DNA of 64,000 nt from Styela clava. Lineage: Eukaryota. Below, piece after piece: positions 1 to 12,628 of the stretch (the first letter of the stretch is position 1; each line of letters opens with the position of its first letter). The translations under genes were made by a program, and so were the position numbers. The notes beneath the pieces were generated by a model that had not been told where the DNA came from, did not search any database, and was given only the letters and a program-made list of their open reading frames with translations. The DNA lies in NCBI RefSeq assembly GCF_964204865.1, contig NC_135264.1, forward strand, positions 12,462,001 to 12,526,000, written 5' to 3'.

Positions 1-1214
1 GCTCAAACTGGCCACTACCCATCCTACGGTTCACAATATCAACAAGGCACTAGTAGGCAGTATTACAACCCATATAATCAAAACTCGTACTCCCAGTACC
101 CACAAACAAACTATCAACAATATCAATCGAATGGCTACAATTATCCACAATCGACGGGAGTTTGGGGACCACAGACAAGATCTTCAGAAATCACGGAAGA
201 AGATAAGAATGCTGATAAGAATGACGATAAAAAACCAAAGATCAGATCATTTGGCTTTGACACGTATTCCATGATGAACAACTACGGTTACAATCCCATG
301 ATGCAATACCAACAAAATTATCCTATGCAAGGACCAATCATCGCCACAATGTGCAAGTAAGTTTAATAATTTTTATTGAAACGTAAATATAATACGATTC
401 GACACCGTATATTAAATATCGAGAGCTTTAAAGAGCTTTTAACCGTACATGTTGCGATTTTCCTTGACATTCCTTAGGTGATATTATTCAAGTTTTGAAA
501 TTGATTGATTTAAAACCTTACGATGCCTTTACCTAATTTATCATTTTATTTAGACGACCAGGACAGGCCTGTCAATGCAAAACAAGTGAAGACTGTGAAT
601 GCAAAAGCAGACGACCGAAGCTTTGCACTCAAAAATACACAGACGAAAGACGATTGTTTCGTGTATGGGAATATGTCACCATACCTGTCACTCAAACACA
701 CACCTACACAGACCAAACACAACAAGCGAATGATGGACAGACCTATGAACAAGATCCGGCAACAATGAGAAGCGGAGATGGAAACGATCAAACATTCCCT
801 GCACAGTCGCAAACTCACAGTACGACAGACTACCAACAACAACAACAACCGCAACAACAGCAGCCACAAGGCAGATATGAGCTCCAACAAAAGTGGCTTT
901 ATTTCAGAGTAAGTCGATTGTTATTTCATATATTGTATGCTTTATACTTACTACTTATATAAGTCCCAAAGAATCTGGTGTGAAAATTAACTCTTCAAGG
1001 CATATTCGATTCTGAGAATCAAAAATGTCACCATTTCGAAGTAAACATAGTTTAAACTGTATTCATAGCAGTTTAGCAACAAGCAAACAAATAATTAAAT
1101 ACATAATTGAGCAAATATTTAATTTTACTTAATCACATTCTCACATTTTAGAGACCCAGCGGTTGTGAATGCGAAACAATGAAGAAAACCCAAGAATACA
1201 ACTTCTTCGGCTAA
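1..1214 (+). CDS. Gene A (5'-truncated): long-form cystine-knot-like protein with Tyr/Gln-rich and Gln/Thr-rich low-complexity segments; exons <1-356, 554-908, 1152-1214
   Basis: Frame 1 is open from base 1 (AQTGHYPSYGSQYQQ...GPIIATMC). GTAAGT donor at 357 (phase 2) and TAG acceptor at 553 give K-RPGQACQCKTSEDCECKSRRPKLCTQKYTDERRLFRV...QQKWLYFR. GTAAGT at 909 (phase 0) and AG at 1151 give RPSGCECETMKKTQEYNFFG*. Cys spacing is identical to gene B. Confidence 0.85.
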
Positions 1215-1734
1215 AATAAATAATTTCAGTGATCCATGATCTCGAACAACGAGAAGTTGCGGGATATGCTGGTCAGTTGCGGATCTGGCTTCACAGACTA
1301 TTGAATGGGAACGAAAAGTTCCAATTGTGGTATGAAGCAACTCGACGACGTATTGGCAATCGGTTGCGAATTGACAGTTGGCGTTTCATCTAATTTTCGT
1401 ATTTCTATCTGATGATATATACGTTTTTGAATCTTTATTTATTGGTATTTGCTTATTTCTCAACATCTTTTTTCAATAAAAAAATAAAATAAAAAAAATA
1501 CGAAACATTGTCGTTTGCGACTTAACTGTTTTACTTATTGCAACACACAAAGGTTATTATAATTACTTCTGCGCCACAGTTAAGTAGCTTTTAAGAAGTG
1601 ATGAGATAAAAGGGGGTTTGCGGAGAACTGCTCTTGCAATGCTGTTTCGAAAGTTCTGTATAAGATTTATTAAAAGCGTGCCATGTCAATGTAGTTTATT
1701 TTCGTAATGAAATAGATACATTTTCTGAAATGAA

Positions 1735-1800
1735 ATTATCTGTTGTTAGTGAAAACCTACAAAAGAGAATCTGTTCTCAAAATTTTGAATTCCACCACTG
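1735..1800. repeat. Dispersed repeat fragment, also present near 50015-50080
   Basis: ATCTGTTG.TAG...ACAAA.GA.AA.CTGTT.TCAAAATTT.GAAT.CCACCACT aligns between the two sites. Confidence 0.5.
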
Positions 1801-3292
1801 CTATCGACGTGACCTAGTACACATACTATGTTCCGGCGTCCGCAATCTTGGTTTACATACTACAGGAGCGCCAATTTAGTTACAGCAAACTGGACTAACC
1901 AGAGCTTGAACTTCGATTTTCAGCTATAAACAAAAAAGTTTTAATCGACTCCGAACCATTTACACAATCTCGAGGACTCCGACCCGTAATGCGCATTTGT
2001 AGAAATGCTCAAAAATATAAAGCGCAAATTACCCATATGTCTGTCTACCTTATATAAATCTTTTAAATTTCTACAATTAGGGTTCTATTTTGTGAATAAC
2101 ATTTTTTAACTATCAGCAGCTTTAAAATGTTACTTTTTACCGCAGACGGCAAGCGTAGTTTATGGCGTCACCCCAAAACTATCACGCGAACAAAATTTTA
2201 GTCATATTTGGTAACGAACGCGGTAAACAGCTTGTGAAAAAAATGATTTCGATTTTATAGTGAGAGATTACAATCAAGAGCGGACTTTTCAGTAACTATC
2301 AGTCTTACTCCGTGTATATCCCTAATGTTATTTCATTTAGTTTTTCAAGCAGACCAATGCATAATTCACATGTGTTCCAACAATCACAAACATATTCATT
2401 ATTTGTTGCAATGTCATAAAACTGGAAGGGAAAGATTTATGCTGATTTGACACACCAACATTTTAAGATCTGATTCTAGACTTGGATGCCGTGTAGCTTG
2501 ACTTTTCCGCACAATTTTAACCAATACTGCAAATTATTATTTCGTATGCGTATTATGAAAGATTCCAAAATAACCGAGTGAGGAAACTTGCATATGTGTT
2601 CTAACAGAAATACGGGTGTACAATATTTTATTGATTGCTTCTGTTTGACAAATATTTTAATTTATATATATAACTTAACGATATCTTTATGAAAAAAAAA
2701 CATTATCTTATCGCAAACTAAAAAAAAAGGGGAAAGTTCTGCTTCTTAGCTTTATAGTTATTAAACACGAATCACACCACTATAATATTACTTTCATTGA
2801 GCTATTGAGTTCTTCCTGATAATATTAACATTCTCACTGATTTAATTCCTTGCATTTAGCCATTGAACAAAAAGATTACGGAAGTTATAATTCAAATTTT
2901 TAGAAAGAAATCACTGTTTATTGTAGAGAAACTATTTGTCATTCATTCCTGGCCTCGACACAATTGCTACCTAAGCATCATTTGGTTGCTTATGGAAGAA
3001 CATGGAAATTGAACTAGTGTGCCTTTAATGATTGGAAAACCGATTGGAGATAGATTACTTTGTGTTTGCATATGTAGAATAAGCTCGGAGAAAAGCATAA
3101 TAAGAAACTTAGTCTTTTACGATAAGGAATAATACCACGGCTCCGTGAGAGAAAACTAGCGGCTCCGCGAGCTATTCGTTTACCTATTATAGTACTGACT
3201 TGGCTAATTATGTACGCAATAAAAAATAATGGCATTAATAAAATTTCACAACGGCACGGTCGAATAGTGGAAACAAGGCGATAATTCGAATA

Positions 3293-3412
3293 TGGCATTA
3301 TCTATAAGATAATTTTCCTCGGGTGAGATCTCATCCGGTGCAATTGTAACGTTGGCATTATCTATAAAATAATTTTCCTCGGGTGAGATCTCATCCGGTG
3401 CAATTGTAACGT
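3293..3412. repeat. 2 x 60-bp tandem duplication
   Basis: TGGCATTATCTATAA(G/A)ATAATTTTCCTCGGGTGAGATCTCATCCGGTGCAATTGTAACGT occurs twice with one mismatch. Confidence 0.95.
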
Positions 3413-4629
3413 AGTATCAAATAACACAAGTATCAAATATTTTATACCGAATTCGATTCGTCATTTTTGAAAAAAATTTCAGGAACGGTCGGCACTTGTT
3501 CTCGAAAAATTATCTGTGAGATTTCGTTTTGCTATTTGCTCCTTCATTAATTTATTATGTGTGTTTCTTCATTACTGTGATGTTTATCACTGTTTACTAT
3601 TCATATACATCTAACGATATTAGGGTAAAATAATCTATAAGTTCCAATAGACAGTGACATATACCCATCCCAGCCTTGGTGCCACATTTTGAATCTACTT
3701 TATTAATATGTTTGTTAGGTGTCAAATTTACAGCATCAGTATATTGTTTTTATTCCAATAAATTTATTGTGGGCTCCGTAAATAATACCCTATTGACGAG
3801 TTCCAAAACACCAAAAGTTTGAGAACCCCCGTCCTGGAAAAATAGTTTCAAATTACCTCATTACCTGTTGGTAAATCAGGACCATAGTATTTGCTTTAAA
3901 ACCAATTAGAATGATGGCTGTTTATATTGGTATGTATGTCTTAATTATATTTTTCATATTTTTTATTCACTTTGATGGTTAGCTTCAAAAAATTTCACGC
4001 AAAAATTTCATAATTTTCGAAAAATCATTAGAGTGTTTGTAATTGCTTAATTTTTATCACGATTCAATTTTTGAAACTAATTTTTCAGTTGACGTAAAAT
4101 AAAACACTTATATACAAATTACCAACAAATTATACGACATTTGACAACATTTAATATTCATATAAACTATTATGTCTTCATTATTTCCAAATAAATGAGT
4201 TTACCATTCCCGTTAATGAATTTCGCATGAGAGTTAGGGCCGAATGACGCAAAAAGAGGATTAGGACTTTTTAATTGAGCTAAACAACCATGACAATGGC
4301 AATTACTCCAACTAAATCTTTTTAAACAATTATAAAATTGATATTAACAAGTAATTATTCTTGGAAAGATTAATACTTGATTCAAGCACGGTTCAGTGAA
4401 ATAAAGCTACAATTTTAACCGGATTCATTATATTCCTAACTTGGTCTACAGATAATTTTGATTTTGATTGGGAAAAGTTATCGCGATTGGTATATTAGCA
4501 ATATCTTGCTGTTTGAATTCAACGAATGTGATTAACGTAAATTAATTTAATAAGTAGAAATATAATATAGTATTATGAATACTAATTGCAAACATCACAA
4601 ACTTTTCTTTGTCGGCCTCAGTCAATATT

Positions 4630-4693
4630 TGACGTAAATTATTGAAAATGCGTCACATGACGTACAATTCGAGCAAAATGTTTAGTATATATA
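4630..4693 (+). promoter_or_regulatory. Putative B1 core promoter: CRE/ATF-like motifs and TATA box (mirrored upstream of B2)
   Basis: TGACGTAA at 4630, TGCGTCA at 4649, TGACGTA at 4658, TATATATA at 4686, about 100 bp upstream of the ATG. Confidence 0.45.
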
Positions 4694-4785
4694 GAGAGTC
4701 CGGTATCTAACAAATCATATCAAAATCTTAACGAGATTTGAATATAAAATTATTTTTAAAACTAAGTTTGAAATTGAAAAATAAG

Positions 4786-6992
4786 ATGTTGCTGAAAGGA
4801 CTGTATCTAGTGATGACTGTCGCAACTGTATATGGAAATGTAAGTATTTTTCCTATTGTGTATTTGAAAATATAAATAATCAAATTTTAAATCAATCTAA
4901 TTAATTTCTACACTATATTGAATTGATATATTTTTGTTGGAACAAATAAAATTCATTTGCTAGGAGTACTAAAATCACTAAAAAATTGGATGTTTATGTC
5001 TAACATAGTATAGTTGGGTATGAAAATTATATTCATCATTTTTGACGAGATATTTTCATGTTCACGATCTAAAAACTTGAAATGAATCGCTGTAATATAA
5101 ATCAAATTATATTTTTTATTTATTCCAGGACTTATTGGACAAAGCAAGAGAACTTCGAACATGTGGAAGGTACGTATTTCATATTTGATTTAGAATTATA
5201 AAATAGTAAGTTCGTCCTAAATTCATGGTACAAAAACTGCTTTATTATGGAGAAATTTTTATCTGACGTTCACAGTGTAGTATTTATGCACAAAAATGCA
5301 AATAATAAACAAAGTCTTCTCTTCTTTTAGATTTGAGGAGAGAAAATGCAATGACGACAAAGCCGCAGTTTATTACACATTAACCAATCCGGGAAAGTGT
5401 TTAACGAAAGAATGCCTTCTAAAGCCAAGTACTGGATACACTGAACATCCTGACAGAAATCCTTACGTGAAATTTTTTCCTCAAAAATTCTCACAGAAAA
5501 TTATCTACACTTTCGATGAAATAAAGGCTAAAACATGCGGGTAGGCACAAGTTTTGTTATATATAATATAGTAAATAGCATTGAGGTATTTATTTTTGTC
5601 TACAAAATTGGATTTCATGAAATAATTATGAGATATGCAAACGCCGATTATAGCCATAGCTGTAGGCCACACACTGAATACCTCTATTTGGAAACAAGAT
5701 TTTTTTCAAACAACTGATGACTCGCACAGGAGTAATTTGTTTATTAATTTAATCATTACGAAACAGCATTTTGAAACGTTAACTACGTCAGCAAAAATTA
5801 GGTTGATACGATTTTAACTGAGAATATATTTTTTTTCAGTTTTCAAAATCAACCATGTACCTGTAAGCAAGGAGACAAATGCACTTGTGACAACGATAGA
5901 CTCAAAATATGCAAGCAAAAATATAGATATGAAAGAAGCTACTTCCTTGTAATTAACACAGCAAAACAAGCAATCACCTTAACAAAGCCAGTGGTTTCTC
6001 ATTCTACACAACAGAAACCTTATCATCACCAGCAATACTATAATCAGCAACAAGCTCAGATGAATTCTCAACCCAACAGCTATTCATCGTATAATAACCC
6101 GGCTCCATCGTATAATAACCCAGCCCCAAGCAACACCAATAATAAACAAGGAAATAATTATGATGAATGGTATAGCACAAGAACAGGCGAACTTCCCAAT
6201 TATTACCCCAAACCAAATATGCCGAGACCACAAAATGTCGGCGGCAGCTCGATCTTAAATCATCTTATGATGCAAAAATTTATGGGCGGTTCCAAATCTG
6301 GAGGAAATTCAGGTATGATGAAATGGTTACTCATGTCTCAGATGATGAATAAACAAGGCACTGGACAACAACAACAACAACAAGTCGGATATGACACCGG
6401 AAACACTGCTCAGAATCATGCTTCCCACACACCTGGACCAAATACCCAGCACAAATCCAACGGACGACAGAAAGCAGCAAAACATGGCACCGTGTTCAGT
6501 CCGACAATGCTTTATTACATGATGAAGAGAAACAATAAAGACTCCGGTTCCAGTGGAAGTAAATTTCTTCAAATGTTACCAATGTTAATGGGAAATAACA
6601 ACTTATTTGGAGGTCAATTGGAACTCAAATCTTTGTGGGTGCAAGTACCATACGATTGCAAATGTGAACACAGGGAAGAACAAGAATATGATGATGACGA
6701 AGACGATGATGATTCCATATTTTCACTCATTCCATATTTGTTGGGAGGGGGAGGGAACCCTATGACAGCATTAATGGGAGGGGGAGGGAACTCTATGGCA
6801 GCATTAATGGGAGGGGGAGGGAACCCTATGGCAGCCTTAATGGGAGGGGGTGGAAACCCTATGGCAGCATTAATGGGTGGATCTGGTCTTGGTGGCAATC
6901 CACTTAATGTTTACAGCATGCTAATGAATCAGAATAATAATAATGACTATGGCTCCCCTAGATCAAATTCGCTTCCATTCTTACCATACTAA
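4786..6992 (+). CDS. Gene B1: secreted long-form cystine-knot-like protein, 485 aa; exons 4786-4839, 5129-5169, 5331-5540, 5840-6992
   Basis: Signal-peptide-like MLLKGLYLVMTVATVYG. Three GT-AG introns (phases 0, 2, 2) join in frame with ORFs 5296..5544 and 5991..6992. 12 Cys: ...KAKTCGFQNQPCTCKQGDKCTCDNDRLKICKQKYRYERSYFLV [low-complexity loop] LKSLWVQVPYDCKC. Confidence 0.9.
6744..6875 (+). repeat. Coding 33-bp minisatellite x4 encoding GGGGN(P/S)M(A/T)ALM
   Basis: Four GGAGGGGGAGGGAACCCTATGGCAGCATTAATG-like units. The B2 copy is at 17595-17726. Confidence 0.95.
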
Positions 6993-8521
6993 AATTTCGA
7001 ATCAAATAAGTAGATATTTAGTTTATGGCCTCTTTAAACTGAAATAACAAATACTTAATTGAATATGAACATTTTTTACTATTGAATGTGTGCATTTTTG
7101 TTTTGAATGAATTTGTTTTATCATTTTGGAACTTGTTTATTATTTATTTTGTTAATATAAAAATTTTACTAAAACTATTTTCTTGTTTATTTGAGTTTTT
7201 GTAAAACATGGTAAAAAGGAAAAGCAAATAGAACAGAGGATATTGTAAGATCTATTTCAAAATATTTAGAAACATAATAGATGGGATAAATAACATATTA
7301 ATTAGCTACTGACAACTTATTCCTAATCACATGTAAACAGGGTTTTCATTTCCACATTTAATTGGTATCGTAGGGTTTCTGAAATAAAAAAAATTCAAAA
7401 TTGTAAAACGAAATTTTATGATGGTGTTCGGAGAGAAATAGTGATGAAATCACAATCGGCTTCGATATTCGTCTTTATTACGGTGATTATGCGTGAAAAT
7501 CTACCGCATGCTAACTTTAAATCAGCAAAGAAATTTAAATAATAGTGCCGTTTTAAGATTTTTACCGTTTGTTTTTGCATCTTCACTCCGAAGAAGTGTT
7601 TCCCCTATACAAATATCTAAATATAAATTGATGTTTTTGCTACGTAGCAAGACACAAGAACTGATCGTGGCAATTTGAAAAGCATTTTGAAATTTAGTCG
7701 GAAGTTTCACAAAACAGACCCCAAGACTTCCGTGATTAGTTTCAGGCGAAGGTTTTAGTTTGAATATCTACAGTAAGACATAAACACATCACACACGAAT
7801 TAAATAGGTTGCATTCGGTTTTCAATAGGCCGGCCTTGTTATAATAAATAAATGTATGATATATTGTTATTCCAACTTTCAATCGTTCAATTTTTTTGAT
7901 GATTTATTTATAATAATTATGTGCATTTACTGTATTCTTTTAACCTATGGGTAAAAATCCGAAAAGATATAAAGCTAAACATCTTGCGGATTTGATAATC
8001 GGATTTCAAACTTTTGTTGTTATAGAAAGATTAAAACTTACTCGCTAATACTGTTCAAGGTATATGAATACCTTGAACAGTAGCATACCTTGAATAAGCA
8101 TTCGCGTCAATTTTCTTGTATCCTTGTCACTTGCAGTCTAAAAGAAAATGGCAGTTTTTTCAAATCAAGTTTCATAATAAAAAATGATCAATGGAAAAAG
8201 GGCCAAAAACTAAAAAAAAATTAAACAATGAAAGCACAATTATATAAAAGTTAATTTGAATGGTTTTGAATTTTCGTCGATATTTATATTGAAATAATAA
8301 AACTAAATATATTTAAAAACTGATTGGCAACAGACAAAAACTTTTATTATTCCTCATATTGAAAATAATTCCGTAGGTATTTATAATTTAGAAAAACTGG
8401 AAATTTAAATGGTAAAAACGTTCATGTAATAATTGCACGACAGGGAGCTTCCGATCTGAAATATTTTATGACGCAGAAAACGAAAAAATCTAACGCTTGT
8501 GGTCATTTGTTATATATATAT

Positions 8522-9083
8522 CAGGGGTGGCCGACCTGCTTTTGACCGCGATCGACTAAAATCTTTAGAATAGTTTGCAATCGACTGATCGGTAATTAGG
8601 TCATACACAATAACGAATGGTAACTGTATACATAATATATGATAACTGAACACGCGAATACACAGGCTCTGTGGGCGTATATTTAATGGAATCGTCACAA
8701 AAATTTGTACTTTTCATGTTCCATTACCCAAAAAAAATTTTCAATATTTTTTATTCAAATCATACAATTCAGATCTAAGGTCTTCCTGGCCTGGCCTAAC
8801 ACGCCTGGCCAAGTATCAATATTATTTAAACAAAAAAATAAATATAATTTAATTCATAAATGTTACATGCCTGCTCAAACTCAAATGTATGCGAAAATGT
8901 AAATATACAGTATTGTATTCCACTTGTTTTAAAACACACAACGGGCGCTGCAGGAAACTGGTTTAAGGCAATTTTATTGGGTTATCTTATTAAATTCACT
9001 CAACGTCAGATGCGCTTTTTACTCAACTACTCGAGACGTGGAGATCGATCGGTCGATCGCGATCGATGTGTTGGCCATCCCTG
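8522..9083. mobile_element. hAT-type MITE (family 1)
   Basis: TIRs CAGGGGTGGCCGAC / GTTGGCCATCCCTG, subterminal GATCGCGATCGA palindromes, TA-rich flanks (ATATATAT / ATATATAA). Confidence 0.85.
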
Positions 9084-12000
9084 ATATATAATATGTAAAT
9101 AAGCATGGTTGAAAAATACGAACTGAAACGCGATGTATATCATATGCATATGTATACTATATAGAATGTAAATATCAAAAGAAATATTTTTTTAGTCAAA
9201 TAGTCGTACATTTTTCCTGTGAGCCCCATTTGCGATTTCAATCAATTTAAAAGATTGTTTCACGAAATGTAGTTGAAAAAAATCATAAAGAAGTTTCTCA
9301 TCATTATTTCTTGCAATTACATTATTATCGAACATCTCAAGCTGTTGGCGGTAGTAACGTCTTAGATCATTTTTTATGGAAAAATCGAATTATTGATGCA
9401 ACAATGTTGCACGCTGTAATATATCATCGACGTCAACCTAAAATTCTACATATTTTAAATACAATCAATGATCCCAAAAGCACTTGACGATATTGTTGAG
9501 GAGTCATTTTTTGAAATATCATGTCAAAAATTTTATGTCGTTACATACTTGAATTTTGAGTTCGTTAAACATGATAGAAATGTTATTTTTACTTTTAATA
9601 GATATTACATACAAATTTTAAGATACTGAGTTACTGAAAAATATAAATTAAACAACTTTATTTTCAGAAACTGAAGCAAAACCCAATTTATAAAATAAAT
9701 AAATTAAGCACATTAAATTCTCCTGTTTGATAGTCTGTAATTTTACGAGGTCAGATCTTTGACAAAATGTCTTTCACATTTAATGTTAATGGAAAGTGTA
9801 GATGTGCTGTTCAATACGTGCTCTGGTACTTTCCTAATTACCTTTTTTACATAAACTCACACAACGATCAAATATTAAATGTTGTCACAATCATGACATA
9901 ATATGAATCAGAGAAAAGCTTTGAATTTTTTTTTCACTTTCATATTTATCAAAGTTTACTGCAAGTTTCATGTATTTAGATGAGGTTTAACATAATTTCC
10001 CTAATATTTCTGTAAATTTGCCAATTCGGAAATGAGTTTGAAAAGGGAAATAAATTAATTTGAGGTTATTAATGACAAATTAATGCCATCAAAAATATGA
10101 GGTTTTACATGACTTCTGTGTTTTACTTTTTTCCAAACAATAATGTAAGAGTGGTTTCTCGTAACCAAACGACATAAAGATTAATTGAGCAAAATGTTTT
10201 TCACAGACTTTTCAAAAATGGATATATAAGAAATGGCAGCAAGATCTCATGACGCTTATCAATTACCAACTTTTTAAATTCAGAATTACAGTCCATCTTA
10301 TATTTGTATCAGTATACTAATACTTATAAAGTATACTTTTAATGAAATTAAATATTAACGTTGAATGATTAACATGGCACAGTTCAATTTTCTTAACGAA
10401 TCATATTAAAAAGTTGCTCAAAGCAAAAAACTGCAAATAATACGTCTTCTAACAAACACATTAAGTCACAGTTGTATAAATGATACAACAATGTTTAAGT
10501 ATAAATATCTGCATTAATAACAACATTCTTGTTTTTTAAATTTAATCTCTACATCAGAATATTTGCATCATTACGTATATATAATATCAAAATTATTGAA
10601 ATTACAAAAATTAGTAGTTATATTTATCCGAAAAATTGGAAAATTTCAATGTCGAAAACGTGAATGTAATAATTTCATGATAGTTTACTTCCGATCTTGC
10701 AATTCTTTGGTGTAAATATATATTTCGCCCGCGGTTACTTGAAAGTATGTAAATTAGCCCAGAAAGGCTGTAACGAAATGCGACGACATTGTTGCTGATA
10801 AAGCATAAAAAGGCTATACTATATTTACGGTTCTATACTAAACTAGTCATATATTTTTTATTGAGAACATATCTAAGATTTGAATAAATAATATAAATAA
10901 ATATGGAATTGTTTCTCGTTTGCCTAAATCTCAATTTCAAAAAAATTCCATTAGCTTGTTTTAAAAGCTTTGTAATCTGAATTTTTTATACTACATTTTT
11001 CGATATTTTAAGTAATAGGACTTCTATTTTGATTTTCAAGACTTTATTTTGTTACATTTATATAGTGGAAAATATAACAAGTGCTACGAGAAATAAAAAG
11101 TTTACTCTGCTTCAAAGTTTACAAATACAATGGTATCAATATCATTCAAGTTATCTATCACGTCTATTTCAAGTTTTCTAAAACTGCAGAAAATAAAACA
11201 TACTAAATATTTTTCAAGTCAATTATTAGCTCCACGAGATTTTTGGCGGTTGATTTTTTCGGACGTTTTGATAGAGTTTATAAAATTAGAACACGAATAA
11301 GGAAAATAATGGAATGAACAAAATGAGCAGATGAAAAGTGGGATTGATATAAACAATAATTAATCATCATAATAACATAGTCAACATACCGGGACCAGTA
11401 TTTAAAATTTGGTAAAATAAAACATCATGAAACGAAAAAGAAGATATAAATAATAATAATATTACAGATGTTGGAAATTTTCACCTAATTGTGCCAATAT
11501 GCAAAAGTATTTTGAAATGGAGTCAGATTAAAGGATGGATTGATCATCGACTTCTTAACCTAGATATAATCAATTTTGCTCAAAGAACTTACAGTAAGTT
11601 GATGTATTTTGAGATTGTTCATAATATATGTAGATGTGATCATAAATTAAGAAAGTTTTACTGAAATGAAAATTTTGACAATTTAGGTACAAATTTAGTA
11701 TTTACCAATATATGCTGTTATTGAAACACCTCTGTGTATTTTTATCGTGAAATAGAAATATTTTGACAAGTTAAGAAAAAATTAAAAGTGTTGTGAAATC
11801 CACTCGTTATCTTTATTGTTCACCTAAAAAGAATATAAATTTGAAACATCCGGAGAAATATTTCAATTTTTGAAAGTAATATGATGGAATATTTATTTCA
11901 GTACCTGCAATAAACATTTTTGTATCATCTTGAGAGTGCCAAGGAATATCTGTGTTTTACCAGACTCATGTTTCTCGATGAACCTGAGACAATATGTCGA

Positions 12001-12403
12001 TATTTTAACGGCTCGTTAAATCATAGTATGCATAGATTAAAAAAATTCCAATTGTGCAATCATCACATGATAATTTTCAAATGGGATCTGTTTAATAAAT
12101 ATTTGCCTTTGAGAATAATTCAAACAACACATGATTGTAATATAGGAATATTACATGTTTTTTGCCCTCCAACTATTTTAAATTCATTACCCATTTCTGG
12201 AACTATTCAAATATCCAGGTTATATTTGGAGTTTCGCATAAACAATTTCAAATGAAAACGTGTTCGAACACACAAAAAGGTACCATAAAATAATTTATTT
12301 CGATCACGTTTTCAAACCAGAAATTATACAAGGGGAGACTTTTGACGATACTACTTTTACTCACATTATAAACACTAACTCAAGAAGGTGTTTGTAACAT
12401 GCT

Positions 12404-12559
12404 GGGGTACTTTCCCGAAGTAGTTTCAATGTTAATTCTTTTTATATAAATATTTTTCACACTCAAATAAAGATCAGATATTAAATGTTATCACAAACAT
12501 GAAAAGTTATGACTCGTGACAAATTAAAAAAAAAGAAAGTTGCCGGAAACTATATAAAG
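12404..12559 (+). promoter_or_regulatory. Putative C-gene promoter: kB-like site, AP-1-like site, TATA box
   Basis: GGGGTACTTTCCC at 12404 (GGTACTTTCC in all four copies). TGACTCG here but perfect TGACTCA at 23324, 30631 and 38467. TATATAAAG at 12551. Confidence 0.45.
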
Positions 12560-12628
12560 AATAGATTAAGAGCAAGAAAATCATATTTCTAAAGTTATTG
12601 TATCTCATGATACCTACTATCTATTAAT

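Noticed and set aside
546-890. 114-aa Leu-rich minus-strand ORF
   Set aside because: Antisense shadow of the CAA/CAG-rich exon of gene A.
6744-6875. 33-bp repeats as a CRISPR-like array
   Set aside because: No spacers, in-frame coding repeat, spliced eukaryotic context.
6614-6898. Pro-rich repeat ORF on the minus strand (also 17465-17749)
   Set aside because: Antisense reading of the glycine minisatellite in B; no signal peptide or splice support.
5991-6992. 333-aa ORF as a stand-alone gene (also 16842-17843)
   Set aside because: It starts at a GTG inside an exon whose frame is open from the acceptor at 5839; it is the last exon of B.
11920-12255. 111-aa ORF in the C upstream spacer
   Set aside because: Not maintained in the paralogous spacers (stops and frameshifts) and no recognisable protein features.
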